NCBI GenBank assembly: GCA_964016885.1 | Contig: OZ024744.1 | Location: 88,598,001-88,662,000, forward strand | From: Eledone cirrhosa | Lineage: Eukaryota | Reading direction: 5' to 3' | DNA length: 64,000 nucleotides | Shown here: positions 30,280-43,580 of the stretch, in pieces | Numbering within the stretch: position 1 is the first letter of the stretch | How the letters are laid out: each line of letters begins with the position of its first letter | Notes under the pieces: generated by a model | Told to the model about the DNA's origin: nothing | The model's input: the letters and a program-made list of their open reading frames with translations, nothing else | Database searches by the model: none | Position numbers and translations under genes: made by a program

Positions 30280-31230
30280 CAGTTTCAATAAAACGTGGTT
30301 TTGATGACTCCTAACCAGTAGAGGATCCGGTGCACCACCCACCATAGGGACCACAAACTATGGGTGGTTGTTGTTGTCCATTGGTCATTGGTATGGGGTG
30401 TAGGGGACCTACAGGGGGGCGTTGTGGGAGGCCTTAACCGGGGTTTATCCATATAGCTTGAGGAAAGTTCCCGTCCTTAGGTGTCTGCAGGCATCGAATA
30501 AATCGGCCCTTCTGTTTAATAGCTTGGTTCCGCCATGAAGTATCTCGAGTGTCTCACTAAGACAGAGGTTGCAAATACCAGACCCGCCTGTCTGGGGAAA
30601 CCTTTCTAACCACGGACCAGACCAGAGAGTGCGGCGTCTTTTCAAGTTTGAGCTTCCAGATCAATTCAGAAAGGGCCGTACATTTCCTCTTATCTATTCT
30701 GTTAAAGGAATGACGATAGTTATACCACCGATCTTTGAAGCTCGTCCATGTGGATCCTATGTAGTGGTGCTCCGGGTTAGGGGTTGTGACCTTGCACCTG
30801 TAGACTACGTTTTTCGTCATGCATTCATTACTAAGGGGGCATAGTGATGGGTCTCTGCAATTACATGACTTCTTAAGCCCCACCACATGTACCGCGTGGT
30901 TACCATCACTCGGGGTTGGCTGGGTAGCCTCCGCAATCAACACAGGGTCGTTGGGTTCCGGTGTGTTAGTTGGGCCTGTCCAGGTTCGGTGCGTCCCGCG
31001 TGATGGTTCTGTTGGGTGGCTCCGGGGTTTACGGTGGTATTAGAAGCACTGAGCCTATTCCTATTTATGCCAGCTATGTGCTGGGCTACGGAGCGTGTGG
31101 TTGAGTAGGAAAGTTTCACCGTGTGCCTGTTGAATATTCTATGGTACTTGTGGGCCTTAGGGAAACATTTATCCACTACTCTAAAGAATGTTCTAGCCAG
31201 GCTGGTACGTAGACCCACCGAGTACGGGTG
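30280..31230 (-). mobile_element. 5'-truncated, frameshifted Naiad-like PLE (GC-richer family)
   Basis: FPKAHKYHRIFNRHTVKLSYS, CNCRDPSLCPL..NVVYRC..YIGST..FKDRWYNY, CNLCLSE..CRH. Confidence 0.85.
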
Positions 31231-31620
<390 letters not shown>

Positions 31621-31869
31621 ACATATATATATATATATATATATACATATATATACATATATACATATATATATATATAAGGGAAAAAGTATGACCCCGA
31701 CGGCAGAGCTCAAGCCGTTTCGACGGCTATTATATATATATATATATAAATACATATACATATACATACATAAATATATATATATACACACACACTAATA
31801 TATACACACACATATACAAAAAGTTACGTCACAACGATAATAAAATACACACACATATTAACACACACA

Positions 31870-34790
31870 ACTTTTTATTTATAGATATTTATTTCTGTGT
31901 GTATGCATGTGTTGTGTATATATGTATGTGCGTATATATATACGTATGTATATATGTGTATATAATTATATATATCTGTATGTATATGTATGTGTGTATA
32001 TATATATATGTGTGTGTGTGTGTGCGTGTGTGTGTGTTTATATGTGTGTATTTTTATTATCGTGGTGACGTAACTTTTTGTATGTATGTGTGTGTATGTA
32101 TATGTGTGTATATATTAGTGTGTGTATGGGTATATATATATTTATATATGTATATGTATATGTATAGGATTTTAAACCAATACTGAACATGGATAGATAC
32201 CGTTTGGACTACTCTGTAAAGAATATCCCAACACCTTTTAACACTCTCTACACGAAAATACTGATAGACAAAGTAGAGAAGGTTGTTAAAAGAATGAGAT
32301 GGAAAGCTTTGATTCTCGATGGACACTTTAACACGAATTCTACGCAATATTTTGACATCAAAACTCATAAATACCCGCAAAGAGTAAAAGATATGACCGC
32401 CTTTGAATTAGACCTAGTTAACCTAATCAACAATATCAATTTTCGTAAGTACTCTAACCCTTTTCAATCTAAATTATCTAATGATATTTCAACTTTCAAA
32501 TCTTCTAATAATAAGTTCATCTTCTCCGATAAAACTAAAAACCTATATGAAGTTAATAATAATTTACACGACCAACTATTAATAGATAATATCACCTCTA
32601 AATACCAAATAGCTAATATAAATACGTACCATAAAATAAATAAGGAAGCTAAAGAATTAGCTGTTTCTTTAAAAATAGATAATAGGACAGAAAAACTTGC
32701 TAAACGTAATGTGTACATCACCCTTAAAGATCATAAACCCGACTTTATTAATCGTCCTAGTTGTAGATTAATCAACCCTGCTAAGACTGATATTGGTCTT
32801 GCCAGCAAAAAAATTTTAAATAATATAAATACACACATTAGAAGTAAGTCTAAATTACTCCAATGGATAAATAGCTCTTCCGTAGTACATTGGTTTAATA
32901 ATATTAAAAACAAAAATAGTTCTAGATTCACCCAATTTGACATTGTAGATTTCTACCCATCTATCACTCAGACCCTTTTAGCGAAAGCTTTAAATTTCGC
33001 TAGAGGGTTTACTAACATCTCCGATATTGAAGAGAATGTCATCTTGCACGCTAGAAACACTCTACTCTTTAATGATAATGACACTTGGGTAAAAATATCT
33101 AACCCAGAGAACTCATTCGATGTCTCAATTGGCTCTTACGACAGTGCTGATGTTTGTGATCTGGTCGGCCTATTCCTCCTACATACACTTAAAGAAAAAT
33201 TTCCTAACCATATTTTGGGGCTTTATCGCGACGATGGTCTAATACTTTCCCATACCACCATAGGCCATAACCTAGATAGATTAAGGAAAGACTTAATAAA
33301 AACCTTCGCTAGTTTTAATCTTAAAATTACTATTGACACTAACCTTTCCAATGTAGATTTCCTAGATATAAACCTAGATTTGCCTACTGCTTCTTATAAA
33401 CCATACCATAAACCTAATGAAAACTTAAAATATATAAATAAAGGCTCTTGCCATCCACCTATAGTTTTTAAAAACCTTATCCCTAATATTAGCCGTAGGA
33501 TCTCCACCCTCTCTGCCTCAGAAGCTATTTTTAATAAGGCATCCCCCTACTATAATAAAGCCCTCCAAAATAGCGGTTTTAGCGAACCGATTAAATACAT
33601 ACCTAACTACACTAACTCTATTAAACATAAAAACAGGAAAATAAAAATAATCTGGTTCACACCCTCCTACATTCTAGCAGTTAAAACTAATGTAGGCAAA
33701 AAATTGCTAGAGCTCCTAGATAAACATTTCCCTAGAACACATAGATACTATAAGATCTTTAACAGAAACTGTGTCAAAATTAGCTATTCCTGCGGTCCGC
33801 CTATTAAGTCCTATATCATCAACAAAATATCACCTAGAGAAAATCAAACTTGCTCCTGTAGAATCAAAAGTGAATGCCCATTACAAGGTAAATGCAACAC
33901 CAAAGCCATTGTATATGCGGCTAAAGTGACAACCATCAGCAACAACCATCCAGCCACCAGTGAACGATATGTGGGTATGACGCAAGACAAATTCAAAACG
34001 CGTTTTTACTCACATGTCGCATCCTTTCGACATCCAGAAAAAAGATTTACAACAGCTCTGGCTAGCAGAATTTGGGATTTGAAAGACCAAGGCATCCAAT
34101 ATAAATTAGATTGGTCAATTTTGAACCAATCTAAAGAATATGCTAGAGGAACAAGAAAATGCACGCTCTGCATAAGCGAAAAATATTGGATATTGCAAAA
34201 TCTAAAATCACCAAAGACCTGCCTGAACACAAAGACGGAAATTTTCACCAGTTGCCCACACATGAAATCACACCTGCTTTCCAGCTCATATAAACTTAAC
34301 ACACTTTCAGATACTTATCCTCCATAAACTCTTATTATTCTCTTTATAATTACCCTTTCTGATTTACTTTCATTTTTATCCTTATCATTAATTTCATTTA
34401 TTTTTATTTTTATTTTTATTTATATATTATTTTATTTTTTTATTTTTTTATTTTTTTATTTTTTTATTTTTACTTCACATCCACCAATACCCCCCCCCCT
34501 TATTCTCCGATTCACTTACCTAATATCTTCACTTTCCATTTTTTACTTCCCTATTTCCTTCACTAACTGATTATACTTGTCATTTGCGTTTTCCACTTCA
34601 GATATATTTTTTTATCTTTATTTTTATTATTTTTTGTTTTTGCGCAGCCAATCTTACAATTTTATAATTTTATATTTGTAGTTACTTATCCACAAGTTTT
34701 TTACACCCTGTATCAATGTGGCTGAACGCCTTAATGTGTGTATATTTTCTATATATGTACATGAGCGACTACGTATGTGCGCGCGCGTGC

Positions 34791-34827
<37 letters not shown>

Positions 34828-35626
34828 TATGTGTATGTGTCTTTATATCCGTGTCTTTTACATCTAGGTTTTATGTCTTGTTCCTTTTTTCTTCTCCCCC
34901 TTATTTTACTTACTCATTTTTATGCGTGTGCATGCAAACAGGGCAATATGCGTGAGTGTAAGTATGTGTGTGTATGTGTGTGTACGTATCGAACGTATGG
35001 ATGTGTAAGTGTGCGTGTGTATATAAGCATGTATATTTTTGCGTTTCTTTTCTGAGATATACATGTGTGTGTGTATGTATGTACCTTTTTTGTCTTCTTT
35101 TCTTTAATTTTTTCTTTCTAAATTATTGTTCCATTTTTATAAATATATCGAGATTGATACTTTCCTTTAATTATTACACTCCCTTACCTCTTTTACTTCC
35201 GCATCTAAGTGTACGTGTGTGTAGGTGTGTTTATGCGCGTGCCTTCATATTCTTATGATGTATCTATTCTGTCTGTAGATTTCAGACATACAGATACATT
35301 TGCCCTAAATTATATATTTACGCACACTTTTTCACAATACGTATACATATGTGCATACACATATATGCACATCTGTGAGCGTATATACATACATATACAC
35401 ACACCTAACTATATTTCTTGAAAGATTATTATATATTTCATATTCTAATTCATTTGTCTATATCTTTTTTGTTTTTTGTTTTTTTTTGCTTTTCTTGATG
35501 AGACTTTCCAAGTATTTACCCATGTTTTATATTGCCTCATCTGACGAACGAATGAAGACGTTTCTTTCGTATTCGCCTCATTCGGGAAACCGAATGAGGT
35601 AATTATATTGTATTGATTTTTTATAC

Positions 35627-35630
<4 letters not shown>
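31870..35630 (+). mobile_element. PLE carrying the 712-aa ORF, with a ~1.3-kb 3' UTR and a terminal altered hammerhead (35531-35603)
   Basis: ORF, AT-rich UTR, attgcctcat CTGACGA...GAAA CCG A atgaggtaat; upstream segment 32030-32165 mirrored at 31740-31870; boundaries approximate. Confidence 0.75.
32189..34327 (+). CDS. Apparently full-length Penelope-like (Naiad-type) RT + GIY-YIG polyprotein, 712 aa
   Basis: YSVKNIP, ITLKDHK, CRLINPAK, FDIVDFYPSI, FDVSIGSYD, GLYRDDG, FLD, CSC..CPL..C, IVY..YVGMT..FKTRF..H, CTLCISEK..CPH; no internal stops. Confidence 0.92.
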   Translation: MDRYRLDYSVKNIPTPFNTLYTKILIDKVEKVVKRMRWKALILDGHFNTNSTQYFDIKTHKYPQRVKDMTAFELDLVNLINNINFRKYSNPFQSKLSNDISTFKSSNNKFIFSDKTKNLYEVNNNLHDQLLIDNITSKYQIANINTYHKINKEAKELAVSLKIDNRTEKLAKRNVYITLKDHKPDFINRPSCRLINPAKTDIGLASKKILNNINTHIRSKSKLLQWINSSSVVHWFNNIKNKNSSRFTQFDIVDFYPSITQTLLAKALNFARGFTNISDIEENVILHARNTLLFNDNDTWVKISNPENSFDVSIGSYDSADVCDLVGLFLLHTLKEKFPNHILGLYRDDGLILSHTTIGHNLDRLRKDLIKTFASFNLKITIDTNLSNVDFLDINLDLPTASYKPYHKPNENLKYINKGSCHPPIVFKNLIPNISRRISTLSASEAIFNKASPYYNKALQNSGFSEPIKYIPNYTNSIKHKNRKIKIIWFTPSYILAVKTNVGKKLLELLDKHFPRTHRYYKIFNRNCVKISYSCGPPIKSYIINKISPRENQTCSCRIKSECPLQGKCNTKAIVYAAKVTTISNNHPATSERYVGMTQDKFKTRFYSHVASFRHPEKRFTTALASRIWDLKDQGIQYKLDWSILNQSKEYARGTRKCTLCISEKYWILQNLKSPKTCLNTKTEIFTSCPHMKSHLLSSSYKLNTLSDTYPP

Positions 35631-35667
<37 letters not shown>

Positions 35668-35708
35668 GCCGTCGAAACGGTTTGAGCTCTGCCGTCAGTG
35701 TCATACTT

Positions 35709-35773
<65 letters not shown>

Positions 35774-35780
<7 letters not shown>

Positions 35781-35885
35781 GACGTAAATAAGAAAGTTAT
35801 GAAAATTGACTTACTTACTAAAATTGGAGTGAAATTTTAGTAAGTAAGTCAATTTTCATAACTTTATGATTTACGTCTTTCATAT
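35774..35885. repeat. ~110-bp fold-back palindrome
   Basis: TATGAAAGACGTAAAT..TTACTAAAATT ggagtga AATTTTAGTAA..ATTTACGTCTTTCATA. Confidence 0.85.
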
Positions 35886-37888
35886 AATTGTTCTGCATCC
35901 CCTTACATAGAACCACAAAGTTACTAAGACAAAACATATATATTTGCTAACATAAGTATGCATCTGTATACATATGTTGGTAGATATACTAATTCTTTAT
36001 ATATATATATATATATAATATTCTCTTCTTGCCCCCACGCTATTTCTAATTCATACTTTTATTATAAACCTAAAGGTTCTAGTAGTACAAATTGTATCCA
36101 TTAGCTGATATATTCCATTACTTATTTTTTAGTTTAGGTTCTTTTGTTTATCACCATTATTATCATCATTATTATCATTGGTTTTTGACGACTCTTTATT
36201 CTAGCTCTCATAATCTTTTGGCTACTATACCATATCTATCTTCTTACGCATTAAATTTTCACTATTAACACCTTATGAGTATATATCTGATTATATATTT
36301 TACATTATTTTATTTTATTTCATTTTATTTTATTTTATTTTATTTTATTTTTATTTTTATTTTTATTTTTATTTTTATTTTTATTTTTATTCTTCTTTGG
36401 ATAACCCCCCACCCCCCACCCCCATGCGCACATAAACTTATTGTCAACCCCTCCAAATTGATTATGATTATATTTAATCCCCCCCCCTCTTTTGCGCTCC
36501 TTTCTATTATTTAATATAGTATATTTACTATGATTTTATGCCCCTTTGCATCCTCCATATATTTCTTCATTTCTGTCCCTATTAGCCTACCATAATTCTG
36601 CTTAAGTCAGTTTTTTTAGATATCGTTATGTATATGATAGTAAAAAATTTCATTCCTTTTTGTAAATATTTGTAACGAAATATTAACGTTTATAAACTTT
36701 AATTACTTAAACTATAGCTAATATTATACTGCCTTATTGGATAGTTTAAATATTTTTAATATTAATTTATCAAATAGGGTTTTCGAGTCATTTACCGGGG
36801 TTGTTTCCTTAGTTTTTACTTAACTGAATGTGAGACCTAAATGTATACTTTTGTTTTTGTTTTTTAATTTCCGGTTGATTCTATTTATTTATTTTATTTT
36901 ATATTTTATATTTTATTTGTAATAGTACTGTGCATTATATTTACTGTCTGACCCTTACTCACTCATCCATATACATGTCTGTCTACCAACCTTGTAATTA
37001 TAAGTAATTATATATTATATTGTGTCAATTATTTTATATTATATTATATTGTATTTGTTATTGTAATATCGATCCTTATTACTTACCGTTAATTATATGT
37101 AACATTATGATATGTTAAACTTTATATATCATATAAGATGTTTATATTTTTGTACCATCATAATTTTTGGGTATTGTACAATTTATTTTTCCTCACCTAC
37201 TCTGTAACCCAGTATGAATTGATTTGTTAACTTGAATGCCATTATATATTGTATATTATAAATGTTAGTATATTATTATTATAGTATTATTGTGACATCT
37301 ATATTGTTTGTGTAAATTAACCGGAGATTATCTATTCTATTATATTATATCATATAGTATATAATTGTATAGTTTATTATATATTATATGTGCTACTTAT
37401 AATAATATCATATTATTACCTCATGTATATTGGGTATATGTATTATTATTATTATTATTATTTTTATTCCTATCATGCTTATTTATATTTAAACTCTTAA
37501 TAAGGTTTAATTTGTGCAGTTGAAGATGGATATGTGTATTGATGTATGTGTATGTGTGCGTACGTGTGCGTACATATATACATATGTATATTGTACCTTT
37601 TGATTTTTATTGTAATTTTAATATTGGTAAAGGTATATTATATTATATTACATTGTATTATATATAATTCCTGCTCTATATAACCACCTTTGTTTAGCTC
37701 TAGGGTTTTTTTGCATTGGACAATATTTGTAATATGGTTCTAAATGTTATACTCCTCCTTAGTGATTTTTATTATATATTTTTATTATATATTTTTACCC
37801 ATAATCTTGCAATACTTTAATGTATGTACACTCCATATTCTTCGGAGTTTCCGGCTTGTATTGGCCGATAATACTTCTTGTTGTTTTA

Positions 37889-37933
37889 ATTGCCCTGATG
37901 AGTCCTTAATAGGACGAAACATTGTTGGCTAAT
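37889..37933 (+). ncRNA. Minimal type I hammerhead ending a ~2-kb AT-rich, probable PLE 3' region
   Basis: gcc CTGATGA GTCC-TTAATA-GGAC GAAA CATTG TT ggc. Confidence 0.85.
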
Positions 37934-37974
37934 AAAGACTTTTGATGTATTGAAGGCTTCTTTGTTTTACTTTC

Positions 37975-38055
<81 letters not shown>

Positions 38056-38333
38056 ATATATGTATATATATATATTTGTATGGCTGTGTGTGTGTGTGTA
38101 TGTATATATGTGTTTATATATATGCATAATTACATACAGAATGATTTAATGTTTATTTTCATTGATTATTTGCTCCAGGAATATGTTGAATGCTCTAAAT
38201 CAGCTATAAACATTATACGTTTATTTATTTATTTATTTATTATTTGTCGTATTCCCAACTATTTGTTTACCCCTTCCACTTTTTTATTTATATATATATA
38301 TATAATATTTTTGTATTTTCTTATATATATATG

Positions 38334-38946
<613 letters not shown>

Positions 38947-39019
38947 TGTATATGTTTGTGTATATATGTGTGTGTGTATGTATATATTTATATGTATGTA
39001 TGTGTATGTGTAGATGTGT

Positions 39020-40080
39020 GTAATGGGAAAAAATGGTAAATAATGACACAAATGGGACCTGCCCCTCGTATAGGAGCAAATTTTGGAATAGAATAGAAAG
39101 AACTAGGAATAAGGCTAATAGAATAAACTCATGATATGATAGCAATAAATACCAGAGTGTAATGTTCAACCCCGCGAGGTGAATTAGCTTACAAATTTAG
39201 AAGGGCCCTAGATAAACATAAACTCAATATTAAGATAGTAGAAAGACCAGGTACCTCCATAAAAACACTTATTAGCAATACATACCCTTTTCAAAGACCT
39301 TCCTGTATAGATAAGAAATGTATAATCTGTAAATTAAGCCCCTGTATTAACTGTAAAACTAGAAATGTAGTATATAGCATAAGATGAACTGAAGGGCAAT
39401 GTAGAGATAAAAATATAGTTCACATAGGTGAGACAGCTCGTAGTATAGGGGAACGGATAAATGAACACTGGCGAGACCTTCAAGATAGTAAAGAATCATC
39501 TGTACTCTACCAACATGCTAACATAGAACATAAGGGTAAATTTGAGAACAGGAATAAAAATAGAATCTACACACAGAAAAGACGCAATGTTTAGACAAAT
39601 CACAGAGGCAATAAACATAAATGAACTCCAACCAAAATTAAATAGAAAACATGAATGGAACAGCAACATCACAACTTACAATTAAGGACAAAATGAAAAC
39701 ACACATGCACATAGAACAAACAACCAACCAGTAACATGCAAATAAACAAATAAATAAACGAATATAAACACACACGGACACCCGGATGTAACACATGCGC
39801 AAACTAAGCACACAACACACACATAAAAACAAGATGGCGTAGGATAGAACAAAGGAGAGGCACAAAAACAAAGAAAAGTATCCCAGTCACTGAAGAGGTC
39901 ACAGAATGTGTGACGAAAGAACTTTGCAATATATAAACAATCATCTGGTTGTGGAACCAACCAACCAACCGGAAATTTATAAATTCCTAAATTAATAAAT
40001 TTATTATAATAAATTGAAGTAAATGCATGTGGTGCGTGTGTTTCTTATTGGCAACATGACCCTCCCAAAGCATAACAATA
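39020..40080 (+). mobile_element. 5'-truncated non-Naiad PLE: Zn linker + GIY-YIG remnant, with pLTR hammerhead at 39885-39925
   Basis: Manual translation from 39163: TPRGEL..IVERPGTSIK..CIDKKCIIC..CKTRNVVYSIR*TEGQC..HIGETARSIGERINEH. Confidence 0.8.
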
Positions 40081-40089
40081 TATATATAT

Positions 40090-40415
40090 ATAAGAAGAAA
40101 TTAAAAGATGGTTAAAAAAGTTCCATCTATTTTATTATGAGCATTTCAAAAACAAATATCATCCTGGGACGATATTTGCGTTCTCATCAGATAAAATAAG
40201 GAGACATGATATGAAGCTTAAAAAAAACACTTGCGAGCAAGTTAGTGTCTAATCAACATATGATAAATAAATTTTAAATGATATAAGAGATTGAGAAAAA
40301 GGAAAGGAAGAGGAGAAAATAATATACATGGAACTTTTTTAACCATCTTTTAATTTCTTCTTATATATACTCCAGTCCAATAAACTGTTGAGTGTTACTT
40401 ATCCGATATTTGCAT
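40090..40415. mobile_element. pLTR of the 16071/38438 family (minus strand) plus inverted tail (40325-40415, plus strand)
   Basis: Homology to 38440-38605 and 38731-38822; HHR at ~40128-40198 (-). Confidence 0.8.
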
Positions 40416-40747
40416 TTCATTTTATTTCAGCTTATCGTTTTCGGTATGCCTGACCGATTTAACTCACTCCATATGCAAATTAGGCTGCTCAGCCGTTAAT
40501 TTTCATAAGGAAAGTATATACTTTCGAACGTTCAACTATCTGGCAGATGGGTATACGGTGCTGATGATAGCTAACAAGCTTGAAACTAGTACATCGTTCC
40601 TGTGTCAGTGTTGAACAAAAAGGTGACGTGGTTGCCTTAACACCGTATGGCATAAATTCAGGCTGTTCAGTTTGTTTACAAACGAACAAAGCGGCGTTAT
40701 AATAAGCGTCCGCTAAACTGGTGCGTGCATATATGTATGTGTACCTG

Positions 40748-40815
<68 letters not shown>

Positions 40816-40870
40816 TGGTACTGTACGTCTGTATACATATATGTATGTACGTATACATACATACTTACAT
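40414..40870 (+). repeat. Single monomer of the hammerhead repeat (HHR at 40555-40597)
   Basis: acggtg CTGATGA TAGCT-AACA-AGCTT GAAA CTAG TA catcgt. Confidence 0.9.
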
Positions 40871-41293
40871 ATATATATATATATATATATATATGGCCGC
40901 CGACCCCATTTCACGCGCACACGCGCTCTGCTGAATACCTCAGATATTCAAAACAACGAAGAGCGGAGGACACGTTTCGCACCTTTCCGACAGACAACCG
41001 CCCCCTCCTCCCCGGAAAAAAACCCAGTTGATGGATGTGAATCCGAAATATATAGGGACAATTAAATCTCTCCCAAGGTAACTCTATCTCGTGTTATTAT
41101 TTTTATTTTTACGCTCTTTTCTACGTTCTTCTACACACTATACATCTCATTCTACATTCACTTACATCTCTCTCTCCACCACCGGATCTTGTTACCAGGA
41201 GAATTACCCATCTGCATTGTTGAGGCCTCCAAAACGACCTAAAGAAAATATATCTTATTATTCCACAATGCTTCAAGCAAACTTTAATACTCT

Positions 41294-41359
<66 letters not shown>

Positions 41360-41361
41360 GA

Positions 41362-42045
41362 TGAAATCTATACAGCAGATTCTAAGGATAGTGTATAAAA
41401 GGTCGAAAAAGTGTACTGGAGAAGAGGAAGGGGTTGAAGGAATAGGTAAATCGAAAGGGCGTAAAAAAAAACCATTATAAAAATAAGGAAATAAATATAT
41501 AAAAAACAATTTCTGGTTACTACTCCATTTTCACAATCACCAAATTTCTCATTGTTATTGCTAAGCTATAGGGCGGTGGATTGGCAGTATCGGTAGAGGG
41601 TCGGACGCCATGCTTTCAAGCATAGTTACGTCCCTTTACGATCTGAGTTCAAATCCCGCCGAGGTTGACTTTGCCTTTCATCCTTACGGGGTCGATAAAA
41701 TAAAGTACCAGTAATGCACTGGGTAATTGCTGGCCTTGTGCCTAAAGTAGAAACAGTTATTGCTAAGCTATAGAAAAGTTTAATAGGTGGAGAATGGGAA
41801 AAATACTAAATACGAGATTGTAGTGAAAGAATTTAATAAAGCCGGCTTTACAGGGGGCTAACACCACTGCTATAGATAGTTAGTAGTAACCAGAAATTGT
41901 TTTTTATATATTTATTTCCTTATTTTTATAATGGGTTGTTTTTACTCCCTTTCAATTTACCTATTTCTTCACCCCCCTCCTCTTCTCCAGTACAATTTTT
42001 TCGACCTTTATAACACTATCCTTAGAATCTGCTGTATAGATTTCA
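41362..42045. repeat. ~160-bp inverted repeats (41362-41523 and 41883-42045) around a spacer containing a SINE
   Basis: Arms are reverse complements. Confidence 0.8.
41572..41755 (+). mobile_element. Full-length SINE with 18-bp target-site duplication
   Basis: GTTATTGCTAAGCTATAG at 41554-41571 and 41756-41773. Confidence 0.92.
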
Positions 42046-42219
42046 CTTTCAACGCTTGACTGGGTTTCCCTCATTCCCTCTTTGTTCTACCGGCAAGTCC
42101 AGCCCCCCCCCTAACTCCCCCCTCCACCACCACCACCAAATGCCATGATAGATTCATCTGTCTTTACAACAAATTTTGACCAATCCTCTTGACAATTACT
42201 ATCTTCCCATATTAGGAAA

Positions 42220-42322
42220 TATCCCCTGAGAAGTTCGGCTATTTATTTACCAGGCTAAAAATTCTTATTTAGTCCTGAAATAGCCATCGAGACGGCTTGA
42301 GCTCTGCCGTCGGGGTCATACT
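42220..42322 (+). ncRNA. Degenerate type I hammerhead with full stem III; 3' halves also at 31684-31730 (-) and 35662-35710 (+)
   Basis: ccc CTGAGAA..GGCTATTT...AAATAGCC..GA(G/A)A CGGC-TTGAGCTCT-GCCG TC gggg; the other two copies keep GAAA. Confidence 0.6.
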
Positions 42323-42344
42323 TGTTCCTATATATATATATATA

Positions 42345-42960
42345 TGATGGTTGGAAAATCACTAACGAAGGACTATTTTTATCATATGTAACCTATGTGC
42401 AACCACGCAGTATTCTTCTTTCTTCTCATGTTGTTTTTATATATATTCACCTTGGCTGCGTTTGTCTGTTTCTCTCTTACTGCTTCCCCGTTCTCTTTGT
42501 TTCTCTCACCTTCTTTCGCCCCCTCTGTCAGTTACACTTTCTCTCGACTGACCGCTTCCTCGCACTTCCACTCACTCACTCTCTGTTTCTCCCCTTCTCA
42601 CTTCCTCCCGTTTGGCTAACAGTGGGCCTCTTCTTGCTTACATCACACTCACGCTGGACGTGTCTGTACCTTTCTCTCATGAAATCCACCCAGCTTATGC
42701 TGACCAGGACTACCATGTTTCTTGTTTATTTCCTTTCTTTGGTTTGCTTTTATCCTTCTATGTTGTTCACTTGTCCCCCTCGCTTTACGCGATTTACTGG
42801 TCCTAATAAATTTTTTTAGTTATTGCTCGCACCAACCTGAGGTATCTGATTTTTAATGCGATGAAATACCAATGATGGTTGGAAAATAACTGACGAAGGA
42901 CTATTTTTATCATATGTAACCTATGTGCAACCACGCAGTATTTTTCTTTCTTCTCATGTT
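42345..42960. repeat. Second ~530-bp unit with ~85-bp terminal direct repeats
   Basis: TGATGGTTGGAAAAT..GAAGGACTATTTTTATCATATGTAACC..CTCATGTT at both ends. Confidence 0.8.
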
Positions 42961-43012
42961 TTATATATATATAGATATATACGTTTATCCTGGGTTCATG
43001 TATGTATATATA

Positions 43013-43045
<33 letters not shown>

Positions 43046-43337
43046 ACGCGGTGAGACTGTATGAGTTTAATTTTGGATTAATTATTGCGCCCACAAAGAT
43101 ATGTATATTTGTACACATCAAAATGCGTTTATTGTATTTTTCTACTTTTTTTATTAAACTTCAAAACAAACAGCTTTAAATTCTGATGAAGGCCTTTGTT
43201 TTTCACCGAAGACTTCATCTAAGCCTTCCGTCTTAAAGAACCAACTTAAAGAATTCAACACTAAAAAGATCTCTCATTCCCTTATTTCACATGATGCTCT
43301 AAATTCATAAATATATCTATACGTAAGTGTGCATGAG

Positions 43338-43371
<34 letters not shown>

Positions 43372-43499
43372 TATATCTATATATATATATATCTATATTG
43401 AAGTTAAAAAGTGAAACTTGTTATCTAGAGTTTCACCTGTTTATCACAGGGTCACGCGTGTGTGCGCATACATTCATATATATATGTGTGTGTATATAA

Positions 43500-43574
<75 letters not shown>

Positions 43575-43580
<6 letters not shown>

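Noticed and set aside
32189-35630. Selenoprotein-type Naiad
   Set aside because: No in-frame TGA in the ORF and no SECIS identifiable by eye
40955-41060. Two hammerhead-like traces (GGAT-GTGA-ATCC GAAA TATA TA; GAAACGTGTC)
   Set aside because: The CTGANGA core is missing or too degenerate
41572-41660. tRNA genes at SINE heads
   Set aside because: A-B box spacing is extended, and the heads are fused to a SINE body with target-site duplications
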